From positions 192,001 to 256,000 of the forward strand of contig CAWJAX010000002.1 of NCBI GenBank assembly GCA_963841015.1: DNA of 64,000 bases. Direction: 5' to 3'. Made by a program: the position numbers and the translations under genes. This document shows positions 43,742 to 53,971 of this stretch, one piece after another (the first letter of the stretch is position 1; each line of letters begins with the position of its first letter). A model generated the notes under the pieces. It made no database searches. It had not been told where the DNA came from and worked only from the letters and a program-made list of their open reading frames with translations. The stretch comes from an uncultured Methanoregulaceae archaeon (GTDB taxonomy: Archaea > Halobacteriota > Methanomicrobia > Methanomicrobiales > Methanospirillaceae).

Positions 43742-45712
43742 ATGGTCATTGTTCCTGAACATCGTCCTGATCCTGATATCCTCCTTGCCCGGGTGCAGAA
43801 TGAAGAACGAACAAAAAACCGGGGCAAGCTGAAAATATTTCTCGGGTATATTGCAGGTGTCGGGAAGACGTATGAAATGCTCCAGTCAGCACACCTCCGG
43901 CGCTCAGAAGGAATTGATGTCCGGATCGGATATGTAGAGACCCACGGCAGGCCTGAGACAGAAGCACTACTCGACGGGCTTACGCTTATTCCCCGGAAGA
44001 TGCTGGAGTACCGGGAGGTCACACTCCCGGAATTTGACCTCGATACAACTCTTTTGCTCCATCCATCGCTCGTGCTGGTCGATGAACTCGCACACACGAA
44101 TGTTCCCGGTTCCCGGCATACGAAACGTTACCAGGATGTTGAAGAACTGCTTGACGCCGGGATTGATGTCTATACAACGCTGAATGTCCAGCATATCGAG
44201 AGTCTCAATGATGTTGTAGCCCAGATAACGGGTATTGTTGTCCGTGAAACAGTTCCTGACCGGGTTATCGATGAAGCGTCCGAAATCGAAGTTGTCGATC
44301 TCACCCCGTCTGAGCTTCTCCAGAGATTGCGGGAAGGGAAAGTCTATGTCCCTGATATGGCAGCCAGGGCAATCGAGCAGTTCTTCAACGAGGGAAACCT
44401 CTACGCACTGCGTGAACTTACCCTCCGTCGTGCAGCAGAGCGAATCGATGAGCAGATGCTTGCTTATATGCAGACCCGGGCGATTCCGGGGCCATGGGCT
44501 GCCGGAGAGCATATCCTGGTCTCGATTGGCTCGGGTCCGTTATCCGAGCGACTGGTAAGAACGGCAAGAAGGCAGGCTGACCGCATGGGAGCCCAGTGGA
44601 CTGCAATTTACATTGAAACTCCGGCCCACTACCGTCTTTCAAAAGAAGCAAAGGAGCAGCTGACCCGGACCTTACAACTTGCTGAAAAACTGGGAGCGAC
44701 TGCGGTTACCCAGTTTGGGCTTAACATTGCAACAACCGTGATCGATTATGCACGACGGCACAACATTACCCGCATCATCATCGGGAAAACACTCCGACCC
44801 CGGTGGCAGGAGTATGTTTTTGGGTCCGTTGTCGATCAACTCATCCACTACAGTGGTAGTATTGATATCTATGTTATCAGCAGCAGTGAACATATTCCAC
44901 AAAAAATTGGTGATCTGGATTTCCTTCTTCCGGTGACCCTTCCCCGGGATTACCTCGCATGCATCGGACTTGTCGGTGTCATTACCCTTGTTGGCTGGCT
45001 GGTAAAGTCGTTTATCTCCCCGACAAATCTCGCAATGCTTTACCTCCTTGCGGTTGTGGTCATTGCATTCAGGAAAGGATTGCGACCTGCAATTTTTACG
45101 GCAATTATCGGTGTTCTTGCGTTTGATTTCTTTTTTATTCCGCCTCACCTCACGTTCAGGGTGAGTGATACCGAATACCTCATCACCTTTGCAGGTATGA
45201 TTATAGTCGGTGCCCTGATCAGCCTGCTGGTAACCAGAGCGCGTGAACATGCCTACGCTGCTCAGGCGCGGGAGAATGAGACCGGGACACTGTATGCTCT
45301 TTCGCAGGACCTTGCTGTTGCAGCCGATGCCGGATCGATCATTTCTGCGGTTACCCGGCACATCCACGAAATATTTCACTGGGAAAGCGTGGTCCTTCTT
45401 CCGGACAAGGAACATCTTACCGTACATCCCTCAGATTCCGGGCTGGTACTGGATGCAGATGATATCGCAGTGGCAACATGGGCTTTCCAGCATACAAGTA
45501 TTGCCGGGTATGACACTGACACCCTCCATGGATCCCGGCTCAGATATATCCCGCTTCAGAGTTCCGATAAGGTAATCGGGATACTGGGTGTGAAACCTGC
45601 CGATCCGGAGGGAGTTATTACTCATGAACAGGAGCGAATCCTCACGGCTTTCGCCAACCAGATGGCTCTTGCTCTTGAACGGGTGAATCTGGTCAGAATT
45701 TCTAAAGTATAG
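43742..45712 (+). CDS. kdpD: KdpD sensor lacking HisKA/HATPase domains
   Basis: GVGKTYEML, LVDELAH, USP domain, 4-TM DUF4118, GAF; stop right after GAF, followed by a T-rich intergenic region. Confidence 0.92.
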   Translation: MVIVPEHRPDPDILLARVQNEERTKNRGKLKIFLGYIAGVGKTYEMLQSAHLRRSEGIDVRIGYVETHGRPETEALLDGLTLIPRKMLEYREVTLPEFDLDTTLLLHPSLVLVDELAHTNVPGSRHTKRYQDVEELLDAGIDVYTTLNVQHIESLNDVVAQITGIVVRETVPDRVIDEASEIEVVDLTPSELLQRLREGKVYVPDMAARAIEQFFNEGNLYALRELTLRRAAERIDEQMLAYMQTRAIPGPWAAGEHILVSIGSGPLSERLVRTARRQADRMGAQWTAIYIETPAHYRLSKEAKEQLTRTLQLAEKLGATAVTQFGLNIATTVIDYARRHNITRIIIGKTLRPRWQEYVFGSVVDQLIHYSGSIDIYVISSSEHIPQKIGDLDFLLPVTLPRDYLACIGLVGVITLVGWLVKSFISPTNLAMLYLLAVVVIAFRKGLRPAIFTAIIGVLAFDFFFIPPHLTFRVSDTEYLITFAGMIIVGALISLLVTRAREHAYAAQARENETGTLYALSQDLAVAADAGSIISAVTRHIHEIFHWESVVLLPDKEHLTVHPSDSGLVLDADDIAVATWAFQHTSIAGYDTDTLHGSRLRYIPLQSSDKVIGILGVKPADPEGVITHEQERILTAFANQMALALERVNLVRISKV

Positions 45713-46019
45713 AAAAAATATTTTTTATAAATCCTCCAATTTCCTCATTCTCTGATAACCGATGAGATTTTTCTGTCTCCCTTTGAGGTATTTCTCACTC
45801 GTAAGACACTGATAAGTCAGCGCTGCTCTGCGTCCAGGGATTGACTCAATTGAGCGCCGGGAAGGAGTCTAATCACCAGGAACGAACACGATGTGACGTT
45901 GGCAGCAGGAGCGGACTGGAGCAGCCGCTGGCTCAGGAGTATCACGATAAGCCAGGGGTGTCATTAAACAAAGAGAGAGAAAAAGATTTCGTGCACGAAA
46001 CTATCAACAGACCCGGGAA

Positions 46020-46389
46020 TTATCCTTTATAGCGATGGTATTTCAGTTGGGGTAATCCGCTCATATACATGGAATCTTCGAAGGAATCGTACATCCAGTC
46101 AGTAGTTTCACCTTTAATGGATTGCAATGTATAGAGGCCAGGTTCTTTTTTTGTCCACGTACCATTATCTGTTGTTTCCCCGCGATTCAAAAAGAAATTC
46201 GTAGCAAAAAATGTGTGGTTTTCATAAAAGATGATGTGCCGGTCTGATGCCGGCAACTCTCCACCGATCCACTGGCCGAGGATGGGTTCGGGAGTGTTGC
46301 TAAGAATATGCATGCCCGGTAGACTGGACGCACCCTGCTATGAGTATTGAACAGAAAACAACCACAGAAATAATGCCCCATGATTGCAT
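46020..46389 (-). CDS. Hypothetical lipoprotein (frameshift near 46310)
   Basis: MQSWGII..LIAGCVQ lipobox; mature part ILGQW..GTW is in another frame. Confidence 0.55.
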
Positions 46390-46455
46390 ACCTGAGATTG
46401 AATAGTTCTGACACGTTTAAGCTTTCCTATATCATGAGTACCAGGTGAAGGTGCG

Positions 46456-46703
46456 CTCAGTGTTTCGTTCAATTTCGATCCCGCGCCGACGCGTTCGGTG
46501 GCAGCGAATGACTACGGTTAAACAGTGACGAACCACACCAAAGCAGGCAATGCGAGGGATCGTCTGGCATCATCGTTCTGACAGAACAATCCGGAAAATC
46601 CAAGGGAGCATCTGTGAGTGGAGTGGAACGGAGGCAATGCGCGAACTGGCCGCAGCAGACATACCGTCGTAACCGATCTTCATGCTGGAAAAGGATCATT
46701 GAG
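46456..46703. other. Non-coding segment with imperfect terminal inverted repeats (possible second MITE family)
   Basis: Left CTCAGTGTTTCGTT vs reverse complement of right end CTCAATGATCCTTT (10/14); no convincing ORF. Confidence 0.3.
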
Positions 46704-46865
46704 ATGACCTCATGGTTGAATCAAATAAAAATTAACAGCTGCCTGACCTCGGTTTAAATTCCCGCTCACAAAGATCGGGTGCTTACCGATATTTGTAATT
46801 TCCTGGAAGATGAACTCCGGATTGCGATTTGAGTATTACCGGTTACCGTTACGGGAATGCCCGGA

Positions 46866-47729
46866 TCACCGGAAATAATCCACAACATTCCGGAACAGCT
46901 GCATATTCATCGACTCTGAGGGGAGTGCCAGCCCCTCGCGTTTCATCTGTTCCTTCCGGAGCGGCCAGTCATAGAGGTTAACAAACTCCATTGCCCGCTC
47001 CGGATGCGGCATCAGGCCCAGCACCTTGCCATCCGCAGACGTTATACCGGCAATATCTTCTACCGAACCGTTGGGGTTGTAAGGGTATTTCCCCTCGGCA
47101 GGGCTCAGGTCATCACGGCAGTAGGTAAACGTGATCATCTTCTGGCGTTTCAGGCGCAGCAGGGTTTCTTTTGAACAGGAGAAATTACCCTCCCCGTGGG
47201 CGACCGGGCACCAGAGTTTTGTGATGTTCCGGGTCCAGAGATTGTCAGCTGCAGGTTTCAGGGTCACAAACCTGCATTCCAGTCTCCCGCCACGGTTGGG
47301 CATCAGGGCAATACCCCGGGTGTAGTGCTTGTCGAACGCCGGGACAAGCCCGAGGTTTGCCAGTATCTGGAACCCGTTGCAGATCCCCAGCACCAGGTTA
47401 TCGCCGTCAAGAAACTCCCGGAGATCTTCCCAGAGATTGTTGCGGACCCGGTTTGCATACGCATTGCCGGCACCGGTGTCATCGCCATAGGAAAAACCGC
47501 CGGGGAAGACCAGGAGCCGGTAGTCTGAGAGCCGGTTCCGTCCCGCGATCAGGTCATTGATGTGGATGATGTCTGACGCCATGCCCGCCCGGGCGAGCAC
47601 TTCCTGCGTCTCCATCTCGGAATTGATCCCAAAGCCACTCATGATAAGGGCTTTTTCAGGAATCCTTTCCTGCACGGCCGTTAACTTCACCGTAGCCATG
47701 CGTTTTATCGTCCTGGGGGAAACTGTCAT
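46866..47729 (-). CDS. purQ: FGAM synthase glutaminase subunit PurQ
   Basis: PGGFSYGD, GICNGFQ, VAHGEG, GLMPHPER. Confidence 0.95.
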   Translation of the reverse strand: MTVSPRTIKRMATVKLTAVQERIPEKALIMSGFGINSEMETQEVLARAGMASDIIHINDLIAGRNRLSDYRLLVFPGGFSYGDDTGAGNAYANRVRNNLWEDLREFLDGDNLVLGICNGFQILANLGLVPAFDKHYTRGIALMPNRGGRLECRFVTLKPAADNLWTRNITKLWCPVAHGEGNFSCSKETLLRLKRQKMITFTYCRDDLSPAEGKYPYNPNGSVEDIAGITSADGKVLGLMPHPERAMEFVNLYDWPLRKEQMKREGLALPSESMNMQLFRNVVDYFR

Positions 47730-47730
47730 G

Positions 47731-50673
47731 TCAGTACCCCCTGAACGGTGCCTTGTAGGCGCCTTCGAGTTCATCGACAGGCAGGTCCAGCAGGAGCTGG
47801 TGGGAGGTTATCCGCAGGGTCCTGCCACTCACCCGTCCGAGCAGGATCGCATCAGGTCCGGCGATCAGTTCGAACGCACGCTTGTGGTGCGGTGCAACCG
47901 TGACCACAAACCTGCCGAGCGACTCGGAAAAGAGGTAATAATCAGGCCGCATCTCCCCGGGGATGGTGAGATCCATGCCGAGCCTTCCGGCGATTGCAAT
48001 CTTTGCAAGGGCAGTCCCAAGACCCCCGTGACCGACAGGGTAGGCTGAAGCCACAAGTTCACGGGAGATGGCTTCGGTGAGCCGATGGTAGCGCTCGATT
48101 ACCATTGCAGTGTCAAGCGCCGGAACGGTATTGCCAATTCCCCCGAGATGGGCAAAATACTCCGAACCGCCCAGTTCCTCGTGGGTATCCCCGATCACGT
48201 ACACAAGGTCACCCGCTATCTTGGCATCCAGGGACACTGCCCTGATCACCTCCGGGTGAATCCCGATGGAGGAGATGAGGAGGGTCGGGGGTACGGAGAC
48301 CTTTACCCGGTTATTCTGCGCATCAAACCCGGAGAAATCATTGTACATGCTGTCCTTACCGGAGATAAACGGCGTGCCAAACGCGGTGGCAGTATCATAG
48401 CATGCCTGTGCCGCGAGCTTCAGCTGCCCGAGGCGTTCCGGTTCATCTGAGGAGCACCAGCAGAAATTATCAAGGATCGCCATGGTATCCAGCGGAACAC
48501 CTGTCGCGATCAGCCCCCGGATTGCCATATCAATCCCGGCCGCAGCCATGCGGTAGGGATCAAGCTCTGCGTACGAGGGAAATAATCCCTGAGATAATCC
48601 GACACCCTTTTTCGAACCAGGTACGACCTTTGTCAGCGTTGCTTCTGACTGCACCCGGCCGATACCCTGTACCGGGCCCAGCACATGACCTCCCTGCACC
48701 GTATGGTCGTACTGGAGGGAGATGAACTCTTTTGAGCAGAGGTTTTTCCTCCTGAGCATCGCAAGCATCGTTGCATCAAGCCGGTCCGGGCAGGGGGTAT
48801 CCGGCTCGGGAAACGTTTTTTTCGAATAGCTTGTCTTTAAGTGTTTTTTCGGCAGGCCGTTATGCAGGAAGTCAAGCCCGATATCCATCACCACGCTGCC
48901 ATGGCATTCGACAACGCACCTGCCGGAATCAGTAAACGTGCCAATAACGGTTGCTTCGACTTCCCGCCGCTCCATCAGCTCCATGAACGCGTCAAGTCGC
49001 TCCGGCGGGATGGCTAAGGTCATCCGCTCCTGCGATTCCGAGATCCAGACTTCCCAGGGTGCCATGCCGTGATACTTCAGGGGCACCCGGTCAAGATACA
49101 CGTGGCAGCCATTGCACTCCTTTGCCATCTCGGCGACCGAACAGGAGATCCCCCCCGCTCCGTTATCCGTGATGCTGCGGTACAGGCCAAGGTCCCGGGC
49201 CTCCTTGACGATCACATCGGAAAACTTCTTCTGGGTGATCGGGTCGCCGATCTGGACAGCGGTGACCGGGCTTTGCGGGTCTAAGGCTTCTGAAGAGAAG
49301 GTGGCGCCGTGGATGCCATCCTTGCCCACACGCCCTCCGGCCATCACGACCAGATCGCCAGGCTGCGCCTGTTTCTCGTAGAGTTTCCTGCCGTCCTGTT
49401 CCAGCGGCATCACACCGACCGTACCGGCAAATACGAGTGGTTTACCCCCGTAGCGTTTGTCGAACCAGCACCACCCCTGCGGTGTGGGGATACCCGAACA
49501 GTTGCCCCCGACACCAACACCCCGGACAACACCGTCAAGGATCTGGCGGGGGGAGAGGATCGGGTTTGTGCAGTCTTTTCCCCGGAAAAGGACCGGCTCA
49601 GCATCCAGGTCACCAACACAGTACCCATAGACATTGATGCAGGGTTTTGCCCCGAGCCCAAAGCCTATCGTATCCCGGTTCACCCCGACAATGCCGGTCA
49701 GGGCGCCGCCAAAGGGATCAAGGGCGGAAGGGGAGTTGTGGGTTTCGACCTTGTGGGTCACCAGGTAGTGGTCATCAAAGATGATGGCGCCGGAATTATC
49801 CGTAAACACGGTCACGCAGATGTCGTTGTCCCCTTTCTCATGGCGGATGGCATTGGTGGCCGCCTGGATATAGGTCTTATAGAGCCCGTCGGGGACATCA
49901 TCGTCCATGGGAGATGCAAAGATCGTGTGCTTGCAGTGCTCGCTCCAGGTCTGGGCAAGGGATTCGATCTCCACATCAGTCGGTTTCCTGCCGTTTCTGG
50001 AGAAATAGTCACGGATCGTGTGCAGCTGGGCAAGGTCAAGCGCAAGCGGCCCCCGCCTCTGGCCGGTCAGGGGATCGCGAATCCCCTCTTTTCCAAGTGT
50101 TGTGAGTTCAGCATCATCAAGATCAAGATCAACCGTTTCTGCTGTTGGCAGTTCATGCAGGCAGACAAGGGGAACGACCGGATCCATACCTTTGCTCCCG
50201 TATTCCTGCCGGGTTTTGATAAGGACCCGGTTTACGAGGGGATTTGCGAGCGTTGAGGCAAGTTTTTGCAGGGCTGCAGCCGTGAGGTTCCCGCAGACAA
50301 AGAAAAGCTGCGACGTATATACTGCTTCTCCTTCGCAGAACGTCATGGCAAAATAATCTTCAATCGTCTGGCGGGCAGTTGCACCAACATTATCGGTCAC
50401 CCCCGGCAGGAATCCGACTTCAATGGCGTAATCAAACACTGCGCCTGTGGCCTTGTCCACCGTATATTTCTGGACCACGGGATTGATGAGCAGCCCGCCA
50501 ATCTGCGAGAGCTCATTTGGGGTAAAATCCCGGGAACTGGTTGCCAGGGTATAGACATCGATGAGGTGGAGGGAGTCGACCGGGAAGCCTAACGAACGAA
50601 TCCTGTCGGTCCTGACAGTCAGCCGTGGATCGATGGTATAGTGAACTTCTATCCGGTGGACGTAAGAAGTCAT
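47731..50673 (-). CDS. purL: FGAM synthase PurL with fused N-terminal PurS-like domains
   Basis: WSEHCKH, ETHNSPS, DGIHGA, DNGAGG, SESQER, SGKDS; N-terminal PGVTDNVG and LANPL motifs. Confidence 0.95.
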   Translation of the reverse strand: MTSYVHRIEVHYTIDPRLTVRTDRIRSLGFPVDSLHLIDVYTLATSSRDFTPNELSQIGGLLINPVVQKYTVDKATGAVFDYAIEVGFLPGVTDNVGATARQTIEDYFAMTFCEGEAVYTSQLFFVCGNLTAAALQKLASTLANPLVNRVLIKTRQEYGSKGMDPVVPLVCLHELPTAETVDLDLDDAELTTLGKEGIRDPLTGQRRGPLALDLAQLHTIRDYFSRNGRKPTDVEIESLAQTWSEHCKHTIFASPMDDDVPDGLYKTYIQAATNAIRHEKGDNDICVTVFTDNSGAIIFDDHYLVTHKVETHNSPSALDPFGGALTGIVGVNRDTIGFGLGAKPCINVYGYCVGDLDAEPVLFRGKDCTNPILSPRQILDGVVRGVGVGGNCSGIPTPQGWCWFDKRYGGKPLVFAGTVGVMPLEQDGRKLYEKQAQPGDLVVMAGGRVGKDGIHGATFSSEALDPQSPVTAVQIGDPITQKKFSDVIVKEARDLGLYRSITDNGAGGISCSVAEMAKECNGCHVYLDRVPLKYHGMAPWEVWISESQERMTLAIPPERLDAFMELMERREVEATVIGTFTDSGRCVVECHGSVVMDIGLDFLHNGLPKKHLKTSYSKKTFPEPDTPCPDRLDATMLAMLRRKNLCSKEFISLQYDHTVQGGHVLGPVQGIGRVQSEATLTKVVPGSKKGVGLSQGLFPSYAELDPYRMAAAGIDMAIRGLIATGVPLDTMAILDNFCWCSSDEPERLGQLKLAAQACYDTATAFGTPFISGKDSMYNDFSGFDAQNNRVKVSVPPTLLISSIGIHPEVIRAVSLDAKIAGDLVYVIGDTHEELGGSEYFAHLGGIGNTVPALDTAMVIERYHRLTEAISRELVASAYPVGHGGLGTALAKIAIAGRLGMDLTIPGEMRPDYYLFSESLGRFVVTVAPHHKRAFELIAGPDAILLGRVSGRTLRITSHQLLLDLPVDELEGAYKAPFRGY

Positions 50674-50734
50674 GTGTACTGATTATACCTGAACCATCAA
50701 AATAGCTCTGTGTTTCATGATCAGGGCAAAAGGT

Positions 50735-50939
50735 GACTCTGGAGAAATATTCAATACCAATAAAAAACGCTCACGGGAGCTTCACCCCCGCCACTGGTCT
50801 CTCAATGTGATACGTACAAAACAGGCAGGATCTCATCATCGTTTCAGTGCATGACAGTAATGAAGGAAAGTCACGGTCTCCTCAATCATCGTATCCATCC
50901 TTAGAATCTCAAAATAAAGAAAAATAATTCACGGGAGCC
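50735..50939 (+). mobile_element. MITE-like element copy D (most diverged)
   Basis: GACTCTGGAGAAAT...AATTCACGGGAGCC; AAACGCTCA..TTCACCCCCGCC..TCATCATCG colinear with copy A. Confidence 0.65.
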
Positions 50940-50967
50940 AAAAAAAGGAGAACCTGATCAGAGTCCG

Positions 50968-51225
50968 TTACCAGGTAACCTTCAGCGCATCTTCAAGTTT
51001 CATTATCGGACTCACATGGGCAATACCAAATCCGCTGAATGGCCCGACGATTTTAATCAATGCCTCTTCATCCGGCGCATCAAATATCGCAACCGATGTG
51101 TGCCTGCCAATAAGGAGGTACCGGTTGATGAGCTTTACATCCTGGGGATACTTGAAGTGCTTCCAGAGCTCGATCACCTTGTGGGTATTTTCCGGTCCGA
51201 ATTTAAACCAAAGAATAAACAGCAT
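50968..51225 (-). CDS. DUF3303/GYD-like small protein
   Basis: 85 aa, VAIFDAPDEEAL, VSPIM. Confidence 0.7.
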   Translation of the reverse strand: MLFILWFKFGPENTHKVIELWKHFKYPQDVKLINRYLLIGRHTSVAIFDAPDEEALIKIVGPFSGFGIAHVSPIMKLEDALKVTW

Positions 51226-51649
51226 ATCGCATCACCTCACTCATCTGACTACCCCGTCTGCCCTGAATTGCGCGAACGGATACGCGGGGGAACAAAGAAA
51301 AAGCATGACACTGTTTCAGGACATTGACAGGTAATTATTATTCGATCTGATATATTTTTCGCAACAGGAAAAACCGGACACTTTTTTTATGGTTTTTCTT
51401 AAATCCCGCCGGATAATTCCCAACGGTAAGATCACGAAAAAGGGAGCACGAGAGGGATAGTACGATCAACTCCTTTTTTGGCAGTCTAAAAAAAATAGAC
51501 ATTCAGCACATCCACGATATGATATTCTCCGGGCAGCCATGGCTGGATACCATTATATAATGTAAGAAGTATGTATTGACTTGAATACGATTATTTCCGT
51601 TTCACCATTGTACACTACACGATCGTATCGCAGACCCGCGGTGTGAACT

Positions 51650-52520
51650 ATGTTCAAAAAAGTTCTGTTCCCCACAGATTTTTCAGAACCTGCAAAGTAT
51701 GAGCTCGATTGCATTACCAGTATTCCCGGTATCCGGGAAATAATCCTGCTCCACGTCATCAGGCAATATGCGATTCCCATGGGAGTTGAGACGGTCGAAA
51801 GCCTGGAAGTCCAGGCCACGGAAAAATACCTGCATGAAGCAAAAACTTATATCGCAACTCTCAACCCGGCTGATCCGGGTGACCCCTGATGAAACAACGT
51901 CAGCCGATATTGCAGGTGCAATTCTTGACAGGGCGGAAAAACATCATGTTGACCTCATTGTCATCCATGCGAATATAAAAAGCATCATGGCAGGTATGTT
52001 CCTGCGAAGCGTCCATGCAAAAGTCCTCTGCCGCATCAGCAGAATCAATGTCATGGTTATGCCCGCCAGACTTGTCAGGAACCTGACCGGGAAGATGTAT
52101 GAAAAGTTCTGCCCGATGATCTTCTCCCGTATCCTCTGTCCTGTCAATTTCTCTGAGTTCTCGTTGAAAACAGCAGCGCTTGCGGGCACGATGAAGGGGG
52201 TGGGAGAGATCATTCTCCTCCATGTAGTTCAGAAGATGGAACCGGATGAAGAATCCGAAGAGGCAGTAACATCAGCAAAAATCCGCATCAAAGCACTCAG
52301 TGACCAGCTGAGCGAACGAGGTATCAGATCCAGCGGTATTGTAGTGACGGGGAACCCCGAAGACGAGATTGCCCGGATTGCAGATGAGAAGGATGTATCC
52401 CTCATCTGGATGAGATCTGCGGGAAAAGGCTGTCTTCATGACTTCTTTTTTGGCAGCATGGTGCACAGTGTAGCCCTGCACTCGACACGGCCTGTGATTG
52501 TCATCCGGTCGTATGAATAA
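51650..52520 (+). CDS. Tandem universal stress protein (frameshift near 51870)
   Basis: KVLFPTDFS, ILLHV twice, GNP..EI, FFGS, RPVIVI. Confidence 0.88.
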
Positions 52521-52611
52521 CGGGTTTCACGTCCAATTAGGATTTTTTTATCTGCTCCCCCAGACTTCAGGGAGATAGTATAATAACCGGGAAATTAAAT
52601 TACGAGCTTAT

Positions 52612-52890
52612 ATGTCTGATACAGCTGCCCCGCCACTGTGGGCGGTACTGGGATCGCTTGGCAACATCATTTTATCCGTTGGTATGATATGGTACCTTCT
52701 TCTCTTTTTATCCTCGTGCAGCTCCTGTCCGGCACGGCCGTTCGCGTTCATCTTTATCGTCGCATTCGGGATAATTATCGCTCTTTCCGGATTTGAATTA
52801 TTCAGGCTCTTGTTTTATGAGAGAAAAAAATCCTGTCCGGTGTGTTCGCTGGTTGCAAAAATGATAGAAATTGATGGTAAAGTACCCTAA
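52612..52890 (+). CDS. Small 2-TM protein with CxxC motifs
   Basis: Two hydrophobic helices, CSSC and CPVC. Confidence 0.55.
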   Translation: MSDTAAPPLWAVLGSLGNIILSVGMIWYLLLFLSSCSSCPARPFAFIFIVAFGIIIALSGFELFRLLFYERKKSCPVCSLVAKMIEIDGKVP

Positions 52891-53070
52891 GGTCAGACAA
52901 AGGGTTTCTTTACCCCATGGTTTTTTCCCTGTACCCCTGTGTTTTTTAGTGTTGCCAGATCCGGGTCCCCGGGCCTTCCGGAGATGTATCGATTGCAAAA
53001 GGGGTTATCACCCTCGATAAGAACAGAAATGAAAGATATTTATCCCGCATCAGGAAAAATCAATCAGGAT

Positions 53071-53790
53071 ATGCATATTCAATCGCTGAGGCTGCTCCAC
53101 GATACCTTTCCTGCTACAGATTGTTATCCGTTTAACCTGGAAATTTTTAAAAAGACCGAAGGCATGGAATTTGGCCTGCCGGTGACCTTCTTTATCGGGG
53201 AGAACGGGACCGGAAAATCAACGCTCCTCCGGGCTATCGCCCGCAGCTGCTCTATCCATATCTGGGAAGAGCATGTGGGAACAAAAGACCGCCACAACCG
53301 GTATGAAGATCTCCTGCACCAGTCTCTCCGGATCGATTGGACCGACGGGAAGGTCCCGGGATCGTTCTTTGCATCAGAAATTTTCCGTCATTTCGCCGAG
53401 ATCCTTGACCAGTGGGGCATGGCCGACCCTGACACCCTGAACTATTTCGGCGACGGGACCCTTGTAGTAAAGTCACATGGCCAGTCCCATATGAAATTTT
53501 TTGAAACCCGTTTTCAGAAAAAAGGACTCTATCTGCTGGACGAACCCGAGAATGCCCTGTCGCCAAGGATGCAGCTCGAATTGTTACGCCTGCTGCGACA
53601 GTTCAGCACCCGGGGAGACGTACAGTTCATTATCGCGACCCATTCCCCGATAATCCTTGCGTACCCGGATGCGGAGATCTACAGCTTTGATGGTAGTTGT
53701 ATTCACAAGGTCAATTACGAAGATACGGATTATTACCGGATCTACCGGGATTTCCTCAATAACCGGGAAAAGTACCTGGATGAGGTGTGA
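53071..53790 (+). CDS. ABC-like predicted ATPase (COG3910-type)
   Basis: YPFNL, GENGTGKST, SHGQS, LLDEPE, ATHSP. Confidence 0.9.
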   Translation: MHIQSLRLLHDTFPATDCYPFNLEIFKKTEGMEFGLPVTFFIGENGTGKSTLLRAIARSCSIHIWEEHVGTKDRHNRYEDLLHQSLRIDWTDGKVPGSFFASEIFRHFAEILDQWGMADPDTLNYFGDGTLVVKSHGQSHMKFFETRFQKKGLYLLDEPENALSPRMQLELLRLLRQFSTRGDVQFIIATHSPIILAYPDAEIYSFDGSCIHKVNYEDTDYYRIYRDFLNNREKYLDEV

Positions 53791-53971
53791 TGAGCAGGAG
53801 TATTGTTTTTTTGGATTAGGCATTGCCAGGGCACTGTCCGCTCCTTCGTTCTGCCTGAATTGACTGGATATTTTATGAACCGGCTGATTGTTACCCGTGC
53901 CTCTGTCGGCGATTACCTATAAATAGAGGAACCCCAAAGACCAATCGCTTACAGTATGGAGTACAGCTACT

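Noticed and set aside
45713-46020. Frameshifted histidine-kinase continuation of kdpD
   Set aside because: No H-box or ATPase-box motifs seen; AT-rich terminator-like sequence follows the stop
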